From: Octopus bimaculoides | Taxonomy: Eukaryota | Direction: 5' to 3' | Assembly (NCBI RefSeq): GCF_001194135.2 | Contig: NC_068997.1 | Location: forward strand, 6,651,387 to 6,715,386 | Length of the DNA stretch: 64,000 bases | In this document: piece after piece, positions 38,163 to 51,998 of the stretch | Position numbering within the stretch: position 1 is the stretch's first letter | How the letters are laid out: the number at the start of each line of letters is the position of its first letter | Made by a program: the position numbers and the translations under genes | The notes under the pieces: model-generated | What the model saw: the letters and a program-made list of their open reading frames with translations, nothing else | The model's database searches: none | What the model was told of the DNA's origin: nothing

Positions 38163-38208
<46 letters not shown>

Positions 38209-38881
38209 ACCAAATAGTGACTGGTGATGAGAAATGGGTTCTCTATAAAAATGTCAAGCACTGAAGACAGTGGGTAGGGAAAGGAGAAATACCAGCACCC
38301 CAGGCTAAAGAAGGTCTTCACCCACATAAGGTGTTGTTACATGTTTGGTGGGATATGAAAGGCTTAGTCTGCTTTGAACTGTTAAACCCAAACCAAACGA
38401 TAACAAAGGAGATCTACTGTGAGCAGCTTGAGTGGCTTAAGTCAGTGCTGGGAGGAAAACAACTGTCTTTGCTTTCAAGACGAAAGGTGTTCTTCCATCA
38501 CGATAAAGCTTGGCCATATACAGCAAGGATGATATTCCAAAGGTGGGAGCAGTTTGAATGGGAAACAATGCCCCATCCACCATATTCGCTGGACATTGCC
38601 CCCATCTAATTATCATCTATTCTGCAATCTTCAAAATCATTTGGACAGAAAAAATATGAATATTGTGGACAAGGTCAGAACAGAACTGAAGGAGTATTTT
38701 TCACCACAGACAAGTGAATTTTGGAAGAAGGGCCTTGCAAGTCTCCAAGATAGATGGGAGAGCATTGTAGAAAATGAAGGAGAGTATATTTTAGATTAAA
38801 AAAGAACTTTGTTTATCTTAATTTTGAAAAATAAAAGAAATATATATATATAAAAAGAACATTATTTATGGGATGAACCAA
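37554..38881 (+). mobile_element. Tc1/mariner (Mos1/SETMAR-like DD34D) element, full length, inactivated
   Basis: TA at 37552-53 and 38882-83; TIR ttgaataatcccataaata vs reverse complement ttggttcatcccataaata. Transposase remnant from MEVTKEHIRNILLYEFKKGN (37735) through VTGDEKW, HHDKAWPY and HPPYSLDIAP to GEYILD* (38799), with frameshifts and stops. Confidence 0.92.
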
Positions 38882-39899
38882 TAGATGCACATAAAATAAA
38901 TAGGATTTAAATTTTGGAACAATACAGGTAATTAAAAATATATCAGTCAATGATTTAATTTACAATAAAAAAATAACATTTTTTTCTAATCCTTCACCAA
39001 GAAACCAACAGTTTAATTAACCTTTTAGTTAGCTAGCAATTAGAATTAAACAAGAACTAATTGACTAGCTGGCTATGATAATGATCATCTACAGTTTTCT
39101 CTAAAATACTCAGTATACATCACAAATTCTTTGTCCAATTGCAACTAGAAGAGTTGTATTGTGAATTATTGAAAAACACAACTAAAAGGTTAAACAAAGC
39201 CAACTTATGAAATCAAAGATTTAAGATGCCAGTTAATCTAGGCTAACATTAGTTAATTTAGGGCTGATCAGATATGTCATGTACGCTCAAACAAGCTATA
39301 CACAACATATTTCAAGGATGATTATTTTCTTACATCTTTTAAGTGAATTTCTTTCAACAATTATTTATACAAATATTTTGGTAATAGTTCACAATTTCCT
39401 GTTATCTGTATGTACACAGTCTCTCTCTCTTATACACACACACACACACTTGTGTGTGTGTGTGTGTGTGTGTGTGTAAGTTTGCAATTTCCTGTAGTCT
39501 GTGTACTACAATTTCCTCTTTTCACTCACTCCCACCAAACAAAAAGTATCTGCTACCAGGTTTACCTTTTGTCTATAACTTTCCATAGAAGAAAAGATTC
39601 ATTTCTGAAACAATACCTCAATCATGAAATTAAGTAGAAAATTAGAGAAAATAATATTTTCATAAAATAAATTAAAATCAATGGTAAGACCAACTGACAG
39701 CTCAGGCACAATCTTAATAAAATTTATGCAACCTCTACAGTAAACTTATACATATATATGCATGTGCATGTATATATATATGTATATATACATGCATGTA
39801 TGTATGTATATGTATTTTCAAACTATACTTTAAACTGAAATGATCATGGTATAATAGTTAAAAGTAATGTTTTTACCAACTATTCCTTGAAGAAAAGAA

Positions 39900-40960
39900 G
39901 ATCAATTGGGAAAAATGGAGCAAAGTATAGCCCATGTATTTATGGCTTTAATGATGTTACCTCCATTTAATTTTGTTTTGAGCACCTTCCTAATTCTTCT
40001 CTTATACTCTTTATTGACTTTCTCTCTCTTTTCTCCTTCCATTATCCTATCCTCTTGCAGTACTCCTAGGTATTTGTCTCCTTCATTATTCCACAGCAAT
40101 CTAATGATGTTGCACTGTGGTAATTTTATGCCATCAAAATTTACCTTCCAGTTTCTCTTCGTAATTACCACTGTGCACTTATTTAACCAAACTGCATTCC
40201 AATATATTTACTGAATACTCTTACTGTTTGGATCGAACAATACGGATCTTTCACATTTTTTCGTATATAGCCTGAGATCATGCATATGAAGTAGGTGATT
40301 TATTTTCATCTTGGTTTTGGTAAACTCGTAGGTAGGCCTGGATTTTCTCCATATACTTGTCTGAGGGATTAACACAATAATGAAGAGTAATGGAGAGCAT
40401 TAGTCTCCCTGGTAAATGTCCTTGCATATTTATACATTTTCTAGTGATTTATTTGTACATGTCAGTTCTACTTGCTTTTCCCAAAAAGCTGTTATCTCCT
40501 CATTGAATCTGAGTGTTCTTAGGCATTCTAAGAGCCAGCTGTGTGGAACATAGTCTTAAACCCTCCTGTAATTTATCCATTCAACAGCTAAATTCTTTTT
40601 CCTCGGTTAGTATTCTTTTATCTATGTATAGCAGACCAGCAGTTGCCTTAATTTCTTTCTACGTCTTTTCTGCCCCTTGTATAGATCATCTGTTATGAGG
40701 CCAGTTAATTTCCAGAGTAATTATAAACATATCAGAGGTCTATAATTGCTGACTTCCCCTCTTAATGCTTTGTCCTTCCATTTGTCATCCATGTTGGTGT
40801 TCCATTTTCTATGCAGTCAGTGAAAAAACAGTTGTATATAATTGTATAGACTCGGGAGAATTTTGAGCCAGAAATCTGGGGCACCATCTGGTTCAGGATT
40901 TTCCACTTTGGTATTTTCTTGATCGTCACTTTTACTTTTTTTATCCATGATTGCTATATT
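39900..40960 (-). mobile_element. 5'-truncated R4/Dong-clade non-LTR retrotransposon fragment
   Basis: WKIPEPDGAPDFWLK-like start of RT near 40870-40915, and KYLGVLQEDRIMEGEKREKVNKEYKRRIRKVLKTKLNGGNIIKAINTWAI, which is characteristic of R4/Dong RT thumb regions. Confidence 0.75.
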
Positions 40961-40973
40961 TTTGTGTCACTCC

Positions 40974-40991
40974 ATTATTATTATTATTATA

Positions 40992-41033
<42 letters not shown>
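40974..41033 (+). repeat. (TTA)n microsatellite at the 5' junction of the R4/Dong fragment
   Basis: Directly visible. Confidence 0.95.
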
Positions 41034-41034
<1 letters not shown>

Positions 41035-41939
41035 TCCTTCTCCTCCTCCTGCTACTACTACACATGCTTTTGAAACCAAAATAATTTTTTAATAATTTTA
41101 AGTCAAGAAAAAAGTAAAGAAACTGTAAAGTAAGTAAAATAAGAAAAGCCATTTTAAGACTTGGTAAAACAAAGCATAAAAGCATGAAAGAATAAAAGCT
41201 GAGAATGAGAAACTACAATGGAACAAATATCTCCTGATTTCAGAAAATCATGATGGATTAGCTTAAGAAAGTGGTGGTTATTCACATTAAAATATGAGAG
41301 TCACAAAATAGAATTAAACAACAAATCAATGTAGAAATCAATATGTTATTGATGGTATTTATTCAGGTTTCACTAAAAATTATCAGGAAGGATAGGAATT
41401 GCAATTCCAGAAAAAGGAAATTTAAAAGAATTTCTTATGCTTATTAGAATGAAAGGAAAACATTCATAAATGTGAAACTAATTGGTAACCAATTGCTTGC
41501 AATGTAATTCAAAGCTTCACAAGAATCCACCATCATTCTGTACAAGGAACTTAGAGGAAGCTGGGGTTATGCAATTTCAATGAAATCACATATTAGAATA
41601 TATTTCAATAGATTTTACTCAACAAATTAATTTCATTACAATTAGGTTAAATCTAATTACAACTGTTTCAATATTTTATAACTTCTGTTGAGTATAAATG
41701 TATCCAATTGGAAAATTTAACCCTAAAATATCTACACAAGTTTGTGTTTTCAAGTTACACACATACACACTCTCTCATAGATACAAATAGAACAAACTGA
41801 CTAAAAGAACTATTTGTCTATGTTATCTAATTACTCTCATAGAAAGTCATATTAGTTGTAGAACAGTTTGTCGCTCCTCTTTCATACCTTAACTCATCAC
41901 CTGACACAAAGCCACCTCCCTCAATACCACTTTCTTTCA

Positions 41940-42157
41940 GTTGAGGAATCTTTGTCTTGCAACTTATTTGGTGAACTTATTGGTACCAGTGCCATATAAA
42001 AAGTACTTAGTACACTCTGTAAACTGGTTGGCATTAGGAAGGGCATCCATCCATGACCAACCATGCCAAAGCAGACAGTAGAATTTGGTGCAGTCCTCTG
42101 GCTCACCAGCTCCTGTCAAACTGTCCAACCTATACCAGCATGATGATAATGATGATA
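41940..42157 (+). repeat. (GAT)n-tailed SINE copy
   Basis: tggttggcattaggaagggcatcca...ctgtccaacctataccagcatgatgataatgatgat. Confidence 0.75.
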
Positions 42158-45100
42158 TTCCTAACTCTTTGACTACACAATGAAATTTCATGGTCATTCT
42201 TGAGATGATGTTAATTATCCATCCCAAAAACTGTTGGTATTTTCTGTGAGTCATGCTGAATCTTCATAAACATGACACACCTAAATAAAAGATAGACTGC
42301 TCTATAAAACTGCTTTCCTCAGTTAACACCAATAAGACAATGATGTAAGTCAATTTATTATATTTCTTTCTAAGTTATCTTTATCGTACAATATTTAATA
42401 TTCAGTTTGCAATATGAATTTACTGTATTTGCAGAAGAATTCCTAACATACATAATCCACATAGTTTGAGGAAATTATCTCTTCTTTCAGGTTTCTTGAA
42501 CAAACAGAGATAAACTGTGTTTTTATTGACTCTTATTTATTTATTTCACCACCCACATTTATTTCAAATGCATTAAATCAGCCTCATACAGAAACTTTCA
42601 TCATTTTCCTTTAAAACCAGAGTAACTGTTTCCATGTAGACATCAAATATTTCTTTGGCAATTAAAGACCTATCAATTGATGAAGTAAATGAACTGAATT
42701 TCGAATTTCCATAAACGAATGAGGAATAGTTCTTAAAAAGAAAAACAAATAAAGAAACAAAGGCTAAATTTGATAATAAAGGGATGAACCTAACTTACCA
42801 TATTTATCCTTCAACTTTTCTATTAATATCAACATTATTTCAAGAGGGTTAGAATGTTTTCTTTTAACACTACATCTAAACTCCAACTGACCAAAATTCC
42901 AGTTTTTTTATAAACAATGTGAAAACAAATGTTTTCTCTTTTGCTTTCACTATTTTACAGGATTAAGTGGCTCATTAAATAAACCATGCTGATATCTCTC
43001 ATAAAGTCTCTGCGACTAAGATTTGAAGTTCAGCTGCAATATCAACATTATACATAAAGAAGAAAAAAATGGTTGAGGAATGTACAGCTTTTATCAGAAA
43101 TATGCTGCTGACAGTTGTTGAAAAGAGAAGTCTGCTTAAAGCTAACCTCCACTTCCCAGCAAAAGCTGAGAGAAAGGCATGAATATAATAGTGTTAGCAG
43201 AAAGTGTAGGGCTACAAAACACTTTTCCTTTTAAATGCTAATATAAAACAGCTGCATATTAGAAATTCCATTGATAGAGTGAAACAATTTAAATATAATT
43301 TATACAACTTTTTTAAAAAAAGAGCATTTTTTAAAAAATGAAATAAACCATCATTAAGGAATATTTTAAAGAAAATAATTTCATAAATTTATTGGAAATG
43401 ATAAAATGTGAAAAACGAGCCAAGTAAGCAGATGCTAATAACTAAAACATGACATTTATGCGTAAGAAAGAGAACTCAGGTGAGAAAAACGAATGGAAAA
43501 GCAGAAACTGCTAATGAGGCAGATTCAGTTAACTACAAAACAGACCCATTATGGGGAAACCTTCTTTAGTTAGAGGCAAGTAAAAGGTTGTAGAATCTAG
43601 AACAAAACAAACAATAGTATTACCTGATGCTAGTTGTCATCATCATTGTCATCATAGGCAGTGATGGTGGTGCTATTATTTTAACATCAATATTTAATGC
43701 TGATATTGATTGCATGTACCTTCAGTAAAAGCAGTTTGTCCATGCTTTTCAGTCTCATTTAGCTACTTCTTATCAAATTTTTTTGATCTATATCTACCTT
43801 CCCTATCTACACGAGAGGGTGGCTCAATCTGCAGAAAAGCAGTCAAAACTCCTACCATCTTAAAGAGAATGGATACCAAAGTTATCCCTGATAAATATAA
43901 AGACAAAATGGTCATATTTGGAAAACCTATGATCATAAGTGTACTCAACCCAAGGTGACCCGAGGTTAAATAACATCAACACATAACAATTGCTTTACAA
44001 AGCAGTGAATTAATAGAATTGTTAAAGCATCAGACAATTTGCCTTGAAGTGTTTGGTCAGCTTCTTCATATCCTTAGTTGAAATTCTGCCAGGGTCAACT
44101 TAGCCTTTTATCCAAGATGGTGGATTAGAGTAACTATAACTGGGTTGAACATAAGAGGGTGAGCAAGATTTGTTTCTATTCTTTATGCTCTGAATACTCA
44201 GGCAAGTGTGGCAAATTTATCTGTATCTAGCTGGCAAGAGATACACATACATATGGCAGATTAATAGAAGTTGATCATGAAAAAGCTGCTTAAACAAGTC
44301 TCATGCATTTTATTATATTTTGGTGAATGCCCTTTGCAAGACAAAGGAAAAGCATCACTGACTTTGTGAAAAAGCCATATTTCGCAGTGAAAATCGGTGA
44401 CTATGGTAAACATTGGGCTCCTAATAATGCTAGCAAAATGTGCTGAGTTTATATGACAACGGAAACCTGAAGAAAGGAAAAGTTTGAACTTTGATGTTTG
44501 GATGAGTCCCTGATAAAGACAAGAAGCCTCCGAATTACAACCATGGTTATCATTTTTGTGGTGTAAATGTGAAAAGGTTCAATTACTACAAGGAATGTAT
44601 ACATGGGACGATCCTAATTCAGAATTAGCAAGATGATTTGTTTCACAGTCAAGACATTCCTCTACCAGTGTTTATATAATTCTTTGGCTTGGCTTTCCAT
44701 CTTTGGGTTTTGAAGAAAATCATCATCAGAATATGGGATAATGGAAGTGTTCCCAAAAGGAACCTAATGATTTGATATGTGAGCTGAATCTATGAAAGGG
44801 AAGAGTTAAGCTTTTAGTATCTATGCTAAAAGAAATATACTATCTAAAGTCACAGGCAAAAATAACAGCTTATCAAGCAAGAGAGGCAAAACTTGTTGCT
44901 TACTTCAGTCAAGATACAGTATTTGCATCCTGCAATGCTATCAAGGTAACATTATAATGTCTTTTATTGTACAATGATAGCCAACATTCATCTCTGCCTG
45001 TTAATGAAATAAGACTATGAAAATATCAAAATAGTCTCCTATGGTGAATTTCTTGCCTAAGCAGCACAGTTGATTTACAAAAAGTGTCTTTGTTGTCTGT

Positions 45101-48100
45101 GGGTTAATTAGAGCAAAGTAAAATTGCGAGAAAGAAGTGGTGTGCCCTTTCAGCAAGGAGGAAACAAGTTGTTCTCATGTACACACATGTGGACAACATG
45201 CCTGGAGAGTTCCATTAAATATTAATTCAATGTTTGTAGTTACTAATACTAATGGTGAGCTTCAAAAACTTTGGAAGATAATTTTTTGGAAGACTCCGTA
45301 CCCTGACTTAATGGCTCAAACAGCAGCTGGTCACAGACATCAATGCATGCTAACCCTAACATACATTGCTGTGTATGGTTTAATGTTAAGTTTATGAAAA
45401 AAAAAAAGCCAAAAAAAAGGTGGTGAATGAGTTATAAAAGCAAAATGTAACGTCAAAGATTTAAACAGTCATTTGCATCATATTTCATACGTACATTGTA
45501 AAGCAGAGAATCACAAGTTCAAAGTAATAAAAAAAAGACACCACTCCACTTGTGCTGGTAAAGATTTAGCATTGTCAAAGACATCTTGCTATAAAGGTTA
45601 CTTGCTTCAACAATTCCTCTTTGCAATGTCTGAATTTTCAGAAACAACTGACATATATTAGTACAAATGGGGGGGGGGAACTCCCATAAAATATAAGATA
45701 AAGATATATCATCCTTCTCACTTCACCTTTCATTTATACACGGTGAAGTTACAAACCCACCGTATACAGGTTAGTTGCTTTGAGAAGATAAAATTCTACT
45801 GAGGATTGAAATATTTAAAGGCTACAGAAATGAAAATAAATAAAAATTCCAAGAAAATTTTAGAATGATAAGAATGTCAAGAGAGTAACAACAGATGGGA
45901 GGAGATGTTATAAAATTCTTTATATTTAAAAGAAAATACAAATAACTGGAATAAGAAACTATTTCAAGATCAATTGTATTAATTCAATAATGTTTAATAA
46001 AACTATCCTACTGTTATGAACATAACTAACCTTTCAAGTCAGGCCTGTGACTTTTTTTACATAATCATCATATTTATTCAAGATTGAAACTGCTGATTGC
46101 GACAAATAAATATTCTAAATTGTTGAGATGATTAACAAAGTTTTCCTATCTAGATGCAATTTGTTATATACTTATAAAATTTAAGAAGAAAACCCAAAAC
46201 CATTGATTTGAGAAAATTGAATTAATACGAAACTGAAAAATTAGTTTACGACAGATTCTCCGTTTTCATATTTTCTCAATATGTTCAACATATAAAGGAA
46301 GTTAAATATATTCATCACTAAAAGTGTTAACAATTTATAACCATTTAATATATTTTGACTAAAATTAATAATCTTGTTAGGTTACTATTGGAAAAAGAAG
46401 AATAGAATTAAGACAAAATTCAAAGAATATGTCAAATTTCTAAATGATTTATGAAATGATTAAATAAAGGTGCCGACATTGTTTGCAACGAACGATTCCT
46501 TTCTTCCCAAATAAAAAGTAATATGATTATTGTTAGTGATTTCAATTAAAAAGGAAAATTACTTCAAAATATCTCTCATCTACAGATATTACATTGCTGA
46601 AGAGTTAGAATGATGAAAGAAATTAGATGCTAATGAATACTTCATTTTCAAAACACTCCATATTCACAGGAAAATGAATACATAATAGATATTTCATGAA
46701 GATAATGAAATGTAAAACAATTTCAATTAAAAATTAAAGTACTGATTATATAAAAGTGTGTACACAAGAGATTTAAGTGATAAACAAATGCAAAATGAAG
46801 AGAATCAAATTTCTAATAAAACAACAAAACTATTCTGCCAAAGGTGAGAAGAGTAGATACAGCTGGTAAGCAGGTTTTCTTCTACCATAATTAGAGAAGA
46901 TCACACAATATGCCATGCTTATAAACCAGATAATAAGAAGCATGTCATATGATGAAGTTGTCTAATTACGATGGAGGGAAACATCTGACATTAGTTAGAC
47001 AACCTATTAGAAGAGGTAATGAAGATAAAAAAGTTTCAACAGTCATTACTCTCTTGAAGCCAGATGAGATCATATATTTTGCCTTGTCTTGATCATCTAA
47101 GAATGTTAAATATTAACAACAAAAAATGATTTAATGTAATGCCTTCAATATAAACATATCTGAGAACATCTTCAACAGATGTAAGTTATATATAATTGGT
47201 AGAGAAAATGCAAAGCCTGATTTATTTCACCAATATAAAGCAGCCGAAAGTCAAGTTGACATGTATGATAAAAGGTTAGAAAGGAAGCAACACAGGTATC
47301 AGATTCATAGAAAAAGAAAAGGAATAAAAACTGACATGGAATGGATTTCATTTATTTCATTCACTTTTGGTGATTTCTTTTTAACCATCTGAAGTGTGTT
47401 TACATCTAAGCGTGGTTACATAAATAGCTAATTCATATTTTAAATGCTATATCACACAGTTTTATTTTTCATGGTCAGTGTACAAATTGCATGATGTGGC
47501 CAGTCACACGGTCATCTTGCACACCAAATGATCCTTACTAGTTTTCCTATTACACACATGACTTCTGGAAAATATTCTCACTTTTACTTGAGACAAGGGC
47601 AGAACTGTTTTCTTTTACTTTCACTTACTTTTACCAGACCATCTGAATGGTGCTACAAAAGCTGTCTAAATATTTAACTTCTATTTGCAGGGGTGTTTTT
47701 TTAAATTTTTTTTTAATTTTCCATGCTAGCTGGGCACAGCACTGGTATTTGTTTTTCAATCTTTTATTATCAACTTCCTGTCCCTAGCAGCAAAGAACAT
47801 AGAACATTGCTTCAATGTCTCATCAGCCTGAATACTCCTCACCTCCCACAAACATTCACATGTCTAAAGATGGTTTCCATAACCACTGTATCCAACCCCC
47901 TCTTGTACACTACTAGATACACCCCTTATCTTACATCACAAATAGTAATACACCACCCATCTCTACCCAGCTTTTCATAACCTTATCAGATCAACATTCT
48001 ATACTGAAGTCTCTTTTTTTACTTCTATGTTAATCTAAAACAATCTAAATATGTTTAGTTAAGTTAGTATTAACATATTTAAGGCACGGAGCATTTAAAA

Positions 48101-48496
48101 GGCTATCTAGAAATAATTATGTGGTGAGTAAAAAAAAATGATATTAGTTTGTAACTAAAATGATTTTCAATGAAATGTGGTGAGAAGTAAAATTAATTTT
48201 ATCCTTTACACATCCCTCCAACTGTCAAATGAAAGGTGTAGCTACCCAATCAATATTTAAGGTAACACCTTTAATAGCACATATACTCTTAAAGAAAACT
48301 AATAATGCCATATTAAAGATTATCTCTGCAACCACACAGCCCGGTAGAAATAGCAGCAGGTTTCCCCTCAGAGTAAACCTTACAGTGTTACAAAATTAAG
48401 GACAACATTGGACACGGAAGTTCTAGATATATAAGAAGATATGAATATGGCTGTGACATCTTTGATAATAGGTCTGCTCAATCAGAGCTGACAAGT

Positions 48497-48663
48497 ACCC
48501 ACTACACTCTTGGAGTGGTTGGCATTAGGAATGGCATCCAGCTGTAGAAACTCTGCCAGATCAGATTGGAGCCTAGTGCAGCCATCTGGTTCGCCAGTCC
48601 TCAGTCAAATTGTCCAACCCATGCTAGCATGGAAAGCGGACGTTAAACGATGATGATGATGAT
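48497..48663 (+). repeat. Young 5'-truncated (GAT)n-tailed SINE/RTE tail
   Basis: Near-identical to 5408-5578. Confidence 0.85.
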
Positions 48664-48848
48664 ACATCATTGTCATTTAACATTCAGACTTCACACATTA
48701 AAAAAAATTTTTTTTTCATGGTTTTTTTAATGATGGCATTTATTTTGGGTTTGGATTAAAATTTTACAATTCAGCTGAATATCTAATATATATGATTTGT
48801 AAAAGAATATAAATAAACAATTATTTTCAATTTTATCTATCACAAAAT

Positions 48849-49313
48849 NNNNNNNNNNNNNNNNNNNNNNNNNNNNNNNNNNNNNNNNNNNNNNNNNNNN
48901 NNNNNNNNNNNNNNNNNNNNNNNNNNNNNNNNNNNNNNNNNNNNNNNNNNNNNNNNNNNNNNNNNNNNNNNNNNNNNNNNNNNNNNNNNNNNNNNNNNNN
49001 NNNNNNNNNNNNNNNNNNNNNNNNNNNNNNNNNNNNNNNNNNNNNNNNNNNNNNNNNNNNNNNNNNNNNNNNNNNNNNNNNNNNNNNNNNNNNNNNNNNN
49101 NNNNNNNNNNNNNNNNNNNNNNNNNNNNNNNNNNNNNNNNNNNNNNNNNNNNNNNNNNNNNNNNNNNNNNNNNNNNNNNNNNNNNNNNNNNNNNNNNNNN
49201 NNNNNNNNNNNNNNNNNNNNNNNNNNNNNNNNNNNNNNNNNNNNNNNNNNNNNNNNNNNNNNNNNNNNNNNNNNNNNNNNNNNNNNNNNNNNNNNNNNNN
49301 NNNNNNNNNNNNN
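48849..49313. other. Assembly gap (N), followed by (GA)n
   Basis: Run of N. Confidence 1.
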
Positions 49314-49374
<61 letters not shown>

Positions 49375-50711
49375 AACAAAAATATCAAAGAAAAAATACA
49401 GAAATCAAAGGCTTTTGGTGGTATCTGAAAATTGACATAAATTAGATATTAATTCAAAACATTAGACAAAATGATGTGTATTATGTGAATTCCAACCTAG
49501 TATTGTTTGCTATTTTTAATGCTATGAAGCTTGCCTGGGGGAGAAATGATTGTTTTGGTCCATCCTTCTTTTCCAGAATATGTTGATGAGACTGGCCTGA
49601 AAATTCTATTATTCTTTCCTTAGTATGTTCCTTCTAGTAGGGATCAAACTTTACCCATCTTTTGTTAATAATTCATTTGTTATTTCTACATACCTTCACA
49701 ATGTAAATACCAATGTATCTAAACAAAATAATGGTATTTTGACTACTTTTTAGCTTTCCAACAAACTTAAAGAATAACTTTTAAAACATTTAGGACAAGA
49801 AATATGAATTATGTGTAATGAAATAAAAATCTCCAAAATATGACTAAATTCAGCCTATAATTTAACTAATTCACCAATGAAATGTTAATTAATGCAGTTA
49901 ATGCCATGAACTATTTTTATGACATCTGAGATAAAAAAATTTAAAAACCCCAAAACAACTATTTACCAAAGAAGAAATAGGATAAATAGAACTCTGCAAT
50001 CTAAAAGACAATTAAATATATAAGCGTGAGAGAAACCAAAGCTGGTAATAGTTGACCAATGGCAAAACTAAACGTAAAAGCTAAATAAAGGAGAGAAAAG
50101 AGATTCAATAAGGAAACTTAATAAAATGTAGCTAACTTCATTATTTCTCTTGGTAAATTTTGAAGACACTTAAAAAGAATTATTATAAATTGTAATAGAA
50201 AATTGAAAGATAAAAATAACAATCTCAAATATCAGTTTACTACAACTGCCTAAATATGAAACCAGCAAATGTATGGAAGTGTTAATTTACAAAAATGTTA
50301 TAACAGGAAATACTTCAGATTTGTGCTTTTTTTTTTTTAAAACTTTCTGAAGACCAGAATTCTGTTTAGAACCTATTTTTATAATAGTAATATCATGCTA
50401 TTATCAAAAATTCAATTTTCATAAGTTTTAAATTTGTTTCACCAAGTGATTTCACCAAAGGAAGAGAAACCAAATTGCAAGAAATATTGTTTGGATATGA
50501 ACGAAAAAGAAAAAAAAACAAAAACATTACTATTTGACCACATTAAATGCAATGAAAAGAACAGCACAATGTATTTAGTCCATCTGAACTCAATTGTATT
50601 TCATTGCAATGAAAGGAAATCCATTTCAGATAAATGTCATTGAAAAATGTAAGAGGATCGGTTTTCTACTTACTTTTAACAGAACCTAATCTACTTCTGC
50701 TGATTCTTTTA

Positions 50712-50921
50712 TTCTTGTTTCAGTCATTTGACTGGGGCCATGCTGGAGCACTGCTTTAAAGGGTTCTTTTTTAGTCTAAGAAATCGACCCCAGGACTTTG
50801 TAAGCTTAGTACTCGTTCTATTGGTCTCTTTTGCCTAACCACTAAGTTATGGGGACGTAAACACACCAACATCGGTTGTCAAGCTATGGTGGTGGGGACA
50901 AACACAAAGGCACACATAAAT

Positions 50922-50930
<9 letters not shown>
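50712..50930 (+). repeat. Dispersed repeat, with a second copy at approx. 24635-24730
   Basis: Shared cttgtttcagtcatttgactg.ggccatgctggagcac.gc.ttta...gaccccagga. Confidence 0.7.
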
Positions 50931-50979
<49 letters not shown>

Positions 50980-50984
<5 letters not shown>

Positions 50985-51132
50985 ACAGGCTTCTTTCAGT
51001 TTCTGTCTACCAAATCCACTCACAAGGCTTTGGTTGAGGCTAAAGTAGAAGACACTTGCCCAAGGTACTCTGCAGCAGGAATGAACCTGAAACTATGTGG
51101 TTGGGAAGCAAGCTTCTAACTACACAACCACA
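50980..51132 (-). repeat. tRNA-derived CORE-like SINE with (TA)/(TG) tail
   Basis: Minus strand tggttgtgtagttagaagcttgcttcccaaccacatag...accttgggcaagtgtcttctact...ccaaagccttgtgagtggatttggtagacagaaactgaaagaagcc(ta)n. Confidence 0.7.
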
Positions 51133-51951
51133 TTGAGAGATAATTTTGAAAGAATACACAACAAAAGCACCCAATCTCAAAATAGCATAGAAAGCTGCAT
51201 TTTTTTTTTTTTTTTACATCTATAAATTGCTTGCTCATATTTAAACATTGAATTGTCTTAGTTATCTTAACACAAGATATCATGATGAGTTTGATATCCC
51301 TTAAAGTTTTATATCCCAACCAGTTTGATCAAGTAGCAGTCCAATTATTTTTTCTTTCTTTAATCGTCTATATGAAATGAAAATCATCAATGTTTTTGCA
51401 GCTATATAAACAGAAAAATATCAAATGCCATCCCTCATTTAAAATATCTTCATTCAGACATGCAGTCTCTTTCAATGGCTAGAGAACAAGCAGTATGTGA
51501 ACTGGCAGCTGATGGAGAACAATTGGCCATGTCTTTAGATATGGGTATGTAATTATGGTTTTTAATATCAGTCTGTGTGTATGAGAGAGAGAGAGAGAGA
51601 GAGAGAGGACAGACAGACAATGAGTTCATGTCAATACATGCACACTCAACCAAACACCTTGTCTCTTTATACATCCCTATCTGGTACAATAAAAGCAGAG
51701 ATAAAAGAGTTTGAGAAAGAGAGGATGTATTTTCGAGGGAGATATTGTAGATATTTATTTTAATGCATATAAAAGATAGGGGTTTAACTCAACTTCACTG
51801 GGATAGGAGCCACCACAAAATGGGAAATCAAATTAAATTATGGTAGAACATTCAGTTCAAGTTCTAAAAAAAAAAAACAATCAAGTCTTTGTGCATATCC
51901 CTATTTGTAGGTAATATATCCCAAGACTTTCCTCTTTAAAGAAAATAACTG

Positions 51952-51998
<47 letters not shown>

